Shown one piece after another: positions 56,094 through 64,000 of a stretch of 64,000 nt of DNA. The notes below the pieces were generated by a model. It was not told where the DNA came from, made no database searches, and saw nothing but the letters and a program-made list of their open reading frames with translations. The stretch spans positions 12,173-76,172 of the forward strand of contig CAZWKA010000006.1 of NCBI GenBank assembly GCA_964634875.1. The letters run 5' to 3'. Position numbers and translations under genes: made by a program. Position 1 is the first letter of the stretch, and each line of letters begins with the position of its first letter. This DNA is from an uncultured Gammaproteobacteria bacterium. Its GTDB lineage: Bacteria; Patescibacteriota; Patescibacteriia; Magasanikbacterales; GWA2-37-8.

Positions 56094-56160
56094 CCCCCCC
56101 CCCAAAAAAAACGTGTTCTAACGACCCCTGCGGCTTCTGCCTGGGGGTCGCTCTTCTTTT
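56094..56160 (+). repeat. C10 then A8 homopolymer pair, then a GC hairpin and T-run
   Basis: cccccccccc-aaaaaaaa ... cgacccc-tgcggcttctgcct-gggggtcg-ctcttctttttt. Confidence 0.85.
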
Positions 56161-56243
56161 TTATATAGATTTTAAAACATCAAATTTTACAACCTGCTTG
56201 TTGACCTGATTAAGTTTTAAGTGATGTGCCTCTACAGTCGGTT

Positions 56244-58004
56244 TTAATTTTGTTTTTCGGCTATCGCTAACCACGCTGCTTCAGCAGTTTCCAGTTCACG
56301 AATAACTCGGCTCAGAACTTCATAATCTGCCGCCAAAAATTTTTCAGGCCGTTTTGCTTGGCGAGCAAGTAAACGATCGCGCTCGCTTGTGAGGCGTACC
56401 ACTTCTTTTTCCAATGATTGGCTTCTTTTCTTAAGTTGCTTTAGGGCTTCGTGTTTTTGTCTGGCCATTTCTTTAGTGGGTGCATCTGTATGAGCACTTA
56501 CAGATTCTGGTGAAGCTGGCGCGCTCCCCATTTCAAGCGAATGAATGTAGTTTTCGTAAGCATCAGGATAGCGTCTTATTTTTCCGTCTTTGACCTCGAT
56601 GATACTGGTGGCCAACGAATTTACAAACGTACGATTATGACTGATGAAAAAAACCGTTCCAGCATAATCACTGAGGGCTGTAGCGAGCGCTTCAACAGTT
56701 TCAAAATCAAGATGGTTAGTCGGTTCGTCCAAAATAAGGACATTGCTTTTGGTAAGTAAAAGGCTGGCGAGGCACAGGCGTGCTCGTTCACCGCCGCTGA
56801 GGACGCCAATCTTTTTTTCCAGTGCCGCTTCTCTGAATAAAAAATTTCCAGCCATCTCCAAGACTGTTTCATCCGAGAGGGTGCTCTCTGCATGTGTACG
56901 CAAATAATTCCACACCAGTTCATTGTTCGGTAGTCGGCTCGCAATGTGCTGGGCGTAGTAAGCGCTGGTAGTACCGTGTCCCCAGCGAAAGGTTCCACCG
57001 AGGGGTGGCAGTTCGCCAACTAACGTCTTAAGTAATGTGGTTTTGCCCTGGCCGTTAGCACCAACAATTGCTACTTTTGCACCGCGGTCAATATCAAAGG
57101 TGCTGCCGCTGGCGATAGTTTTTTCCGTGTAGCCGATCGTAAGTTTGTTGCAAGAAAAAGCGACTCCCTTTTTTGCTTCAACTCCGGGAATGGCAATACG
57201 GACGCGGGCGAGCGGATCGGCGATATCTAGTTTTTTTAGTTTTGCCAAGGCTTTAAGTTTTGATTGTGCCTGACTGGCCTTGCTTGCTTTAAACCTAAAG
57301 CGGTCGACAAAGCTTTGCAAATGCTTTTGTTCACGATCAATTTTCTTGTTGTACGCCTCTTTCATCATGATTTGTTCCCGTTTGTAGTCGAAGTACTCAG
57401 TTACATTTCCTGGGTACAAAAGTAATTTTCCGTTTTCAACTTCCAGTGTACTATCACAGGTACGTTCCAAAAATTCGCGGTCGTGCGAAATAATTAAAAA
57501 AGCTCCTGAATATGAAATGAGTGCTTGTTCCAAGAGGAGTTGGGTTTGGACATCAAGATAGTTAGTAGGTTCATCAAGCAAAAAAAGGTTGGGATCCTTG
57601 AGCAGTAATGCAATAAGTTTGATGCGCATCTGGAATCCGCCCGAAAAAGTTTCAATAGGTTGTTCGAGCATTACGGGTGTAAAATCAAAATCAGCACCCC
57701 TTTTGGCGCATTCCCACGGCTGTCTATGCGTAGTTTTTTCAAGGTACGCGATGACTGGCTGGTGTATATCGAGTACATCGTGTTGTTCGATGTAGCCCAG
57801 GCGTGCTCGATCATGGAGTATAACCGAGCCGCTATCCGCTTCCTCTTCTCCAAGCAGTATTTTAAATAAGGTTGATTTTCCAGCACCATTTCGCCCGATA
57901 ACACCAATTTTCTGCCCAGCATTAATTGAAAGTGAGGCTTCTGAAAAAAGCGGTTGTTGAAAATACGATTTAGATACGTTCTTGATTTCAATAAGGGTAG
58001 ACAT
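56244..58004 (-). CDS. ABC-F family ATPase (tandem ABC domains, EttA/Uup-like translation factor)
   Basis: Two Walker A sites (GRNGAGKST, GANGQGKTT), two LSGGE signatures, no TM domain. Confidence 0.9.
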   Translation of the reverse strand: MSTLIEIKNVSKSYFQQPLFSEASLSINAGQKIGVIGRNGAGKSTLFKILLGEEEADSGSVILHDRARLGYIEQHDVLDIHQPVIAYLEKTTHRQPWECAKRGADFDFTPVMLEQPIETFSGGFQMRIKLIALLLKDPNLFLLDEPTNYLDVQTQLLLEQALISYSGAFLIISHDREFLERTCDSTLEVENGKLLLYPGNVTEYFDYKREQIMMKEAYNKKIDREQKHLQSFVDRFRFKASKASQAQSKLKALAKLKKLDIADPLARVRIAIPGVEAKKGVAFSCNKLTIGYTEKTIASGSTFDIDRGAKVAIVGANGQGKTTLLKTLVGELPPLGGTFRWGHGTTSAYYAQHIASRLPNNELVWNYLRTHAESTLSDETVLEMAGNFLFREAALEKKIGVLSGGERARLCLASLLLTKSNVLILDEPTNHLDFETVEALATALSDYAGTVFFISHNRTFVNSLATSIIEVKDGKIRRYPDAYENYIHSLEMGSAPASPESVSAHTDAPTKEMARQKHEALKQLKKRSQSLEKEVVRLTSERDRLLARQAKRPEKFLAADYEVLSRVIRELETAEAAWLAIAEKQN

Positions 58005-58053
58005 ACAAGCAGCTCTTGAAGGGCAGGGTTCTTTCTTGGTTCAGCTATAATAA

Positions 58054-59307
58054 TTAAGTTTTCTTAAACCGCCAAACTTCGCGCCCCACACGCTGGTTAG
58101 GGCGAGCATACAAAACATGTTCGGCATCTGGAAGTAGCGGAAGTGTGGTAAAACCACATTTTATTATTTCTTTAGTGCAGGCAATACGTAGCCAGGTGCT
58201 TTGAAATTTAAAACAAGGAATGATAAAAACAACTATTGCGCCAGGCTTTACGACTTTGGCGAATGCTTTGAAGGCATTAACATATATTTTTTTGAGTTCT
58301 TGTGTTTGTGCTTCCAACATAGCCCGCGTTTCACTTCCGCGCAAAGGTTTGCCCAAGTACGGTTCAGTGGCGATTGCATCGATTGATTGGGAGGGTAGCT
58401 TGCCAGCTAGCTCATCCGCATCGCTTTGGAAAATTTTTATTTTATTTAGGGTGTCTTTGGCCAAAGTGTCTTCCTGCCACGCGACATTTTTTCTGGTATC
58501 CTCAACCGCCTTGTCTGAAATATCGCTGCCGATTATATTCTTAAATCCGAGGAGCATCGCTTCGGTTAAAATAGTTCCTGATCCGCAAAAAGGGTCGAGC
58601 AGTGTTTGGTTGGTGGTGGCTCCAGTCAGGTTAATAAGCATGAGTGCTAGTTTGGGTGGGAGCATTCCGCTGGTGTCGTCGCGTCCTGGTCGGCCAAAAT
58701 CCCGTTCACCGAGCGCCTCAAATGGTTGTACGGCTAATGTTGTCCCAAGAGCAAAAATTCCGGGCGCTTCTTCATAAATAATAAATTCCCGTCCACGCGT
58801 GGTCAGGTTATTTTTCTCTACCGTTACCGACGAAAGAATGGGTTCACGGCTTTCAACATAACGCGCCGCACTACCTTTTTGTTTTAAAGCCGCCTTTATT
58901 GTTTTGCCCCACCGTTCAAGGGCAAGGAGTGTTTCGGGTGTCTTTTCAATCGGTGTGCCATACCAGCTCAAACCAAATACGGCCTTACCCGCAACGGTTT
59001 CAAGATTGTGGGTAATGGCATCAAGGAGGGCAGTTTCGGAAAGCCCGCGGCCACCTTCGGAGGCAATTTTGACTATGCCGCCGAGCCGTTTGATGAGTTT
59101 CGTTGGAGAAAAGGCTGGTTCGCCAGTAAACTCGGCGCGGAGTACTGGGCCAGCCAGCCCGAGGTGCGCTGCGGGGCAAACACTGGCAATTTCAGCTTGG
59201 GATAATTCGGGATTGCGTCCGAGAATAAACCACCAGACATTAGGGGGTGGAAGATGTGGGGTTGGGGGTCGGGTCATACAGGATGGGGCTAGAGCTGGTG
59301 TAAACAA
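58054..59307 (-). CDS. THUMP-domain RNA methyltransferase (UPF0020/Trm11/RlmL-like, SAM-dependent)
   Basis: DPFCGSGTIL SAM motif; N-terminal ..WWFILGRNPELSQAEI typical of this family; the true start may be the internal Met at about 59277. Confidence 0.75.
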   Translation of the reverse strand: MFTPALAPSCMTRPPTPHLPPPNVWWFILGRNPELSQAEIASVCPAAHLGLAGPVLRAEFTGEPAFSPTKLIKRLGGIVKIASEGGRGLSETALLDAITHNLETVAGKAVFGLSWYGTPIEKTPETLLALERWGKTIKAALKQKGSAARYVESREPILSSVTVEKNNLTTRGREFIIYEEAPGIFALGTTLAVQPFEALGERDFGRPGRDDTSGMLPPKLALMLINLTGATTNQTLLDPFCGSGTILTEAMLLGFKNIIGSDISDKAVEDTRKNVAWQEDTLAKDTLNKIKIFQSDADELAGKLPSQSIDAIATEPYLGKPLRGSETRAMLEAQTQELKKIYVNAFKAFAKVVKPGAIVVFIIPCFKFQSTWLRIACTKEIIKCGFTTLPLLPDAEHVLYARPNQRVGREVWRFKKT

Positions 59308-59587
59308 AGATATTACGAAGCGAAGTAAAGGGGGTTGGGGTTGCGTTTTTTAAGGCGATTGCTGCTTCAGCTTTCAGGAGTCCGGGCGAATCAATGGCCG
59401 TTATGTTAGGCTCTGCATTCAGCCGGGCAATTTCTCCTTGGTTTTCAATAGTATCAAAGACCTTGTGGTAAATGCAATAAAAGGTGACGATAGTGGCTAC
59501 GGTCAAAATACCTACCACGAGGATACTGGCAATTTTCCATAACGTATAGGGGCGTACCGGGGCAGCGGTTTTTTTAAGGGTTGACAT
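59240..59587 (-). CDS. Small bitopic membrane protein at the distal end of the pilus operon (function unknown, PilP-analog candidate)
   Basis: Single TM (IASILVVGILTVATIVTFY); overlaps the upstream gene by 14 nt. Confidence 0.45.
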   Translation of the reverse strand: MSTLKKTAAPVRPYTLWKIASILVVGILTVATIVTFYCIYHKVFDTIENQGEIARLNAEPNITAIDSPGLLKAEAAIALKNATPTPFTSLRNIFVYTSSSPILYDPTPNPTSSTP

Positions 59588-60116
59588 ACAAAGATAAGAC
59601 TAAATGGAGTGATGCATTCGCGACTGGCTGGCTTGGGTTGCTCGACTCGGCTGGAGACAGTGTGATTTGTTCGGGAGTGATAAAGTAAGGCATGCCCTCC
59701 ACATCTGTTAGGTAGCGCATGATTGCGGTGTATGAGCCGTTAACTGTCACCGAGATGCTAGCCTTTTGGTTGTTAACAGCATCAAAATTAGCCGTCTCGA
59801 TTTTTTGGCTCACCTGGTGTTGGGTCGCGATTTTTTCAAGCGCAGTAATGAGGGTTAGTTCGTCGCCGGCTCTAAAAAGATGTTCTGGGTAGACAGCGGT
59901 CGTCGTTTTAAGTGTGCGGATAGTTTGGATAATCTCGCGCAGGTTAATCGGTGTAGTATGTTCTGCGGCCAGTGTTTCGCGTCGCTCGCTACTTTCGCGG
60001 TTAACGGTGGTGATCCGTCGGGTCATAGGGAAAATAACCAAAATAACAACCAAAAGAATTCCGGTTGCAAATAGCCCTAAGGTCAAAAAAATCTTTTTTT
60101 CTAAGCTGAGCTTCAT
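59574..60116 (-). CDS. pilO: PilO-like type IV pilus assembly protein
   Basis: N-terminal TM, coiled-coil and periplasmic-type domain; position after pilM-pilN. Confidence 0.55.
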   Translation of the reverse strand: MKLSLEKKIFLTLGLFATGILLVVILVIFPMTRRITTVNRESSERRETLAAEHTTPINLREIIQTIRTLKTTTAVYPEHLFRAGDELTLITALEKIATQHQVSQKIETANFDAVNNQKASISVTVNGSYTAIMRYLTDVEGMPYFITPEQITLSPAESSNPSQPVANASLHLVLSLYVNP

Positions 60117-60127
60117 ACTGTAGTAAA

Positions 60128-60706
60128 TTATTCGATCTTCGTCGGCTGTTTCGGTGTGGTAGGTGCATCTGGCCGGAGTGGTGGAAAGCCTTGGAGCGTG
60201 GATTTAATCTCAAAAACAACATCGGTTGCTGTGAAAAGTTGGCTCGTGGGGGCGGAACTTTTTTCGATCCAAGGGATGGCGCGCAGAACTTCTTGTAAAC
60301 GCAAGAGGGCGCTTCTGGTTTTTGCTGTGCCGGACAAGGTAAGTGTATTGGCTCGCCGGTCAAAATTAAGGCTGCTCAGTTTAATGTCTCCAGGGATTTG
60401 TTCAATCAGCCCAAGTAGTTTGGGGGTGGTGGTCGTGTAGCCCGTGCTCGCGAGCGCTGTACTCCGGATGAGCCGGTTAATTTCTTTAACATCATTATTG
60501 TAGGCGAGGTATTCAGTATTTGTTACTGCGCCTTGGCTAGTGGTGTTTGACTGGTCAACCAGGGTTAGCCACGCCAAGGCCAAGGCCAGCCCAACAAGCG
60601 TCGAAAACAATAAGACGATTTCTAAAATATTTTTAGTAAATAAAAACTTGACCAACTGTTCAAGCTTGGTGCGTTTGGTGACAGAAAGTAAATTAAGGTG
60701 CAGCAT
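60128..60706 (-). CDS. pilN: PilN-like type IV pilus assembly protein
   Basis: Short cytoplasmic N-terminus, one TM, position directly after pilM. Confidence 0.55.
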   Translation of the reverse strand: MLHLNLLSVTKRTKLEQLVKFLFTKNILEIVLLFSTLVGLALALAWLTLVDQSNTTSQGAVTNTEYLAYNNDVKEINRLIRSTALASTGYTTTTPKLLGLIEQIPGDIKLSSLNFDRRANTLTLSGTAKTRSALLRLQEVLRAIPWIEKSSAPTSQLFTATDVVFEIKSTLQGFPPLRPDAPTTPKQPTKIE

Positions 60707-60714
60707 GCCGGTAA

Positions 60715-61809
60715 TTAATATTCTTCTAAAGGATTGCGGGCTGCCCGGAGTGCAAGTCCGATTGCGGATGCAAAGGTCAGACCGTCGTCATGCTCATAGT
60801 CCTCAACCGGGCGATCAAAAATATTTTTCCACGGATGTCCGAGTGCGGCCGAAACTTTAAGTTCTTTACCCAGTGTCGCCTCTAGGTTTTTGAGGCGGGC
60901 GAGGCCGCCGCAAAGAGTGATGTGGGTTACCGGGTTAGCGCCCGGGAAGTGTTCCGCGTAAAAAACTAAGGCTCGTTGTATTTCGGTAAGTAGGTGACCG
61001 GTAAGCGAGGAAATAACCTTGAGGTATCGTGGATTACGTTTGTCGTAGGTGATGCCAACTTCGTTTTTAAGTTTTTCGGCTGCCTCAGGATCAATCTTCA
61101 GTTCCCGGGCAATTGCATCACGCATCAATTCGCTTGAAAAGGGCAGGCTGGTGCTAAATTGCGGTGTTTCATGATCAAATACCACCAAGTTAGAACGCGT
61201 TGCCCCCAGGTCGATTATAGCACGGGCTTCGCCATCGTAGTCTTTGCTAGCTGTCACCATGCTGCGACAGAGGGCAATAGCCTGAATCTCGAGCGCCAGC
61301 GGTTTAAGCCCCAGGCTTTCAAGCAGATAGGTGTAGGAGTCGGCAATAGTTTTTTGTACGGCACCGATTAGTACTTGGGCGTGCTTTCCTCTGCCGTTTT
61401 CGCTAACTACCTGCCAATCAATATAGGCGTCATCCGCCTCAAAAGGCAGGTGTTTTTTTGCTTGGAATAAAACGTCTTCTGTAGTGAGTTCGGCGCCCGG
61501 TACCGACAGTTCGATGAGTTTTAAAAACGTTTTTGGTTCCGGCAGGTCAGCCACCACCCAAGGGCTGCCAATATCCGGAAAAGTCCCCTCCTTGCCCAGG
61601 AGAAGTGCTAGTTTTTTACGCACCATTTCGGGTTGTTGAATTTCCCCTTCAACAATATACCCTGGTGGTAGCGCTAATTCACGGACATCTTTAATAACAA
61701 AAGAGCCTTGTTTGAGGGTGATTTTGCGTCGTTTTAGTTGCACTAGTTTAATTGAGCGGTCGCCGATATCAAGGCCGAATGCCCCTGTGATCGGATTGTG
61801 GAGAAACAT
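60715..61809 (-). CDS. pilM: Type IV pilus assembly protein PilM (actin-like ATPase fold)
   Basis: ..FGLDIGDRSIKLVQL.. and ..IDLGATRSNLVVF.. actin/FtsA-fold motifs. Confidence 0.8.
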   Translation of the reverse strand: MFLHNPITGAFGLDIGDRSIKLVQLKRRKITLKQGSFVIKDVRELALPPGYIVEGEIQQPEMVRKKLALLLGKEGTFPDIGSPWVVADLPEPKTFLKLIELSVPGAELTTEDVLFQAKKHLPFEADDAYIDWQVVSENGRGKHAQVLIGAVQKTIADSYTYLLESLGLKPLALEIQAIALCRSMVTASKDYDGEARAIIDLGATRSNLVVFDHETPQFSTSLPFSSELMRDAIARELKIDPEAAEKLKNEVGITYDKRNPRYLKVISSLTGHLLTEIQRALVFYAEHFPGANPVTHITLCGGLARLKNLEATLGKELKVSAALGHPWKNIFDRPVEDYEHDDGLTFASAIGLALRAARNPLEEY

Positions 61810-61892
61810 AGTTCATTAAAACATGAAAACACGAGAGCATTAAAACAAGTGGTACAATGTTTTAATGTTTTTATGTTTTTATACTTTCATGA

Positions 61893-63008
61893 TCAAAACG
61901 CTTGAGCTAAGCTATACATCGGCATGATCACTGACACAGCCATACCGGCGACTCCCAGACCCATAACCAAAATGATGACCGGTTCAATAATGGTAGCAAA
62001 ATTTTTCATGGTGGTATCAACTTCATTACCGTAGTAGTCGGCGAGTTCCTTAAGCATTTTTTCAACTTGGCCGGATTCTTCGCCGACACCCAGCATGCCG
62101 GTAACCATCGGGGGGAATAAGTTGGGTTGCTCAAGGAGTATCGTGGATAACGGTTGCCCTTTTTTAAGTCGTTCGGCCGCCTCAAGAAGCGCTGCGCGAT
62201 ATATGACATTGCTTTCGACTTGGGCGGCAATTTTCATGGAATCAACGATCGGCAGGCTGCTTTGGAGCAGTGACGAGAGAGTGAGGGTAAAGCGCGCTAA
62301 GTTGATTTTCTTGATGATCATACCAGCGATGGGAAGGTGCAAGTTTACTCGGTGCACAACATGCTTTACTGAAGGAATCCGAAGGAGCCAGGCGCAGATA
62401 ATTACAAATAAGATAAGGCCGATGCCAAGGAAAATACCATTTTTTTCCATGAATCGGACCAGTGCGATCATGATCCGGGTCGGCAAAGGAAGTTCGCCGC
62501 CAAAGTCGTCAAACATGACAATGATCTTTGGTAAAACGAAGACAACCATCTGGATCGCAATACCGATCATTGCCGTAAAAACAACCGCCGGGTAGATCAG
62601 CGCGCCTTTGATCCGACTGGTCAGTTCGTGACTTTTTTGCATTTGTGTGGTTACTTGACTGAGGGCTTCTTCCATTTTACCAGACGCTTCGCCCGAGGCG
62701 ATCATGCTCACGTAGAGCGGAGGAAAAATAGCGGGGTACTCCGCTAACACCTCGCTGAACTGACGGCCCTTTTCCACTTGAACACCAATTTCCGTAACGA
62801 TTTTTTGGAGCGAGCGTCCATCGACTTGTTGAGCTAAAATTTTGAGCGCGGCCACGATCGAAAGTCCGGCCTTGATCATGATCTCAAGATTATGCACAAA
62901 CAAAATCTTTTGCATCATGGGGACACGAAGCAGGTGGCGACTGACAAAGTCATTCATTTTTTCCTCAAACGGTGATAATTGTCTCTCCTTCTCCTTTTTG
63001 GGAGCCAT
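61893..63008 (-). CDS. pilC: Type IV pilus/type II secretion platform protein PilC (GspF family)
   Basis: 371 aa; two GspF repeats; about three TM segments. Confidence 0.88.
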   Translation of the reverse strand: MAPKKEKERQLSPFEEKMNDFVSRHLLRVPMMQKILFVHNLEIMIKAGLSIVAALKILAQQVDGRSLQKIVTEIGVQVEKGRQFSEVLAEYPAIFPPLYVSMIASGEASGKMEEALSQVTTQMQKSHELTSRIKGALIYPAVVFTAMIGIAIQMVVFVLPKIIVMFDDFGGELPLPTRIMIALVRFMEKNGIFLGIGLILFVIICAWLLRIPSVKHVVHRVNLHLPIAGMIIKKINLARFTLTLSSLLQSSLPIVDSMKIAAQVESNVIYRAALLEAAERLKKGQPLSTILLEQPNLFPPMVTGMLGVGEESGQVEKMLKELADYYGNEVDTTMKNFATIIEPVIILVMGLGVAGMAVSVIMPMYSLAQAF

Positions 63009-63046
63009 AGGTTAAGGGTTTCTGCTCTTACGCTTTGTAAGGGTAA

Positions 63047-64000
63047 TTATTCTTTGGTAACACGCAATATTTCGCTGATTGTGGTAGTGCCCATCTTTGC
63101 CTTAATAAGTCCGTCTTCGAGCATAGTTAACATGCCGTGCGTCCGGGCAAATTGTTTGATCTGGTTGGCATCAGCATTTTCAGTGATTTTTTTACTTAAT
63201 TCATCAGTCACTTCCAGGATCTCGTAGATACCCATACGCCCTTTATATCCGGTGTCACCGCAGCGACGGCACCCTGCGCCTTGAAAAAAAGTCATTTTTT
63301 CAAGATGCTTTTCCGCCGTTGTCAGTTTGACATGCTTACTCAGCAAGGGAAAAACTTTTTTTAAGTCAAACATACGCCCTAGCTCGGTGATGGTATCTTT
63401 TTCCAAATGATATTCCTTGCGGCAAAAGGTGCAGATTTTTCTGACTAAACGCTGGGCAACAATGATGTTCGCTGTGTAAGCCACCAAAAACGGTGGGACA
63501 CCCATATCAATTAAGCGGGGCAGTGTTGTTGGAGCGTCATTTGTGTGCAAGGTTGAGAGCACCAAGTGTCCGGTCATGGCAGCATTAATGGCAATTTCAG
63601 CCGTTTCTTGGTCACGGATCTCACCAACCATAATAATGTTGGGGTCTTGGCGTAGCAGTGCACGTAAGCCGCCAGCAAAGGTAAAGCCTGCTTTAGGGTT
63701 AACTTGGCTCTGGTTAACCCCGGCGACTCGGTATTCGATCGGGTCTTCAACTGTTGAAATATTAACCCCTGGTTGGTTCAAAATGCCTAGTACCGAATAA
63801 AGTGTGGTTGTCTTGCCGCTTCCGGTTGGACCTGTTACTAAAATCATCCCGTGGGGCTTTTTAATAGCCGCTTCAACGATGGCGCGCTGTTCGTCCAAAA
63901 AGCCTAATTGGTCGAGGCTGAGTGGTTTGGTGCCTTCGTGGAGTAAGCGCATAACGACTTTTTCGCCGTCATATACCGGCAAGATCGAGACGCGGAAGGC
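63047..64000 (-). CDS. pilB: Type IV pilus assembly ATPase PilB/GspE (partial; N-terminus lies beyond the window end)
   Basis: Walker A VTGPTGSGKTTTLYS, His box and a tetracysteine motif (CTFCRKEY...CRRCGDTGY). Confidence 0.9.
   Translation of the reverse strand, partial: AFRVSILPVYDGEKVVMRLLHEGTKPLSLDQLGFLDEQRAIVEAAIKKPHGMILVTGPTGSGKTTTLYSVLGILNQPGVNISTVEDPIEYRVAGVNQSQVNPKAGFTFAGGLRALLRQDPNIIMVGEIRDQETAEIAINAAMTGHLVLSTLHTNDAPTTLPRLIDMGVPPFLVAYTANIIVAQRLVRKICTFCRKEYHLEKDTITELGRMFDLKKVFPLLSKHVKLTTAEKHLEKMTFFQGAGCRRCGDTGYKGRMGIYEILEVTDELSKKITENADANQIKQFARTHGMLTMLEDGLIKAKMGTTTISEILRVTKE

Overview
This 64 kb window looks like a compact, mid-GC bacterial chromosome segment spanning the replication origin. 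My guess is a Patescibacteria/CPR-like monoderm, possibly Saccharibacteria-like; this is inference from gene content only. Core housekeeping genes: dnaA-dnaN divergent from rpmH-rnpA-yidD, with DnaA boxes on both sides of dnaA and an AT-rich stretch between dnaA and dnaN; tig, hppA (membrane pyrophosphatase), a LysM/M23 peptidase, polA, holA, rpsT, rmuC, ychF, an ABC-F ATPase, a THUMP-type RNA methyltransferase, five tRNAs, and a type IV pilus operon (pilB-pilC-pilM-pilN-pilO) running off the window end. About eight high-GC islands (~60-65% GC against a ~45% background) are interspersed among these. They encode small lipoproteins and secreted proteins plus a purine-salvage operon (yjjX-prs-apt). 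Each has its own TTGACA-type promoter and strong Shine-Dalgarno site. Many share a 3' architecture of a poly-C tract after the stop codon, a GC-rich hairpin, then an A/T-flanked terminator, which suggests repeated acquisition from a high-GC donor. Other notable items: a wHTH-GHKL ATPase-STAS single-protein regulator preceded by five copies of the 9-bp palindrome CTTGACAAG; a 498-aa protein with a C-terminal HicA-like domain next to two tRNAs and a structured 236-nt spacer; three TrmB-like regulator paralogs with a cluster of AT-rich palindromes; and a ~15.5 kb surface-protein operon (WxL-like, CscA/DUF916-like, FN3 protein, two giant mosaic adhesin-like paralogs of 1752 and 1878 aa with YadA-head-like repeats and paired-Cys blade repeats). 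No CRISPR array, integrase or transposase was seen.
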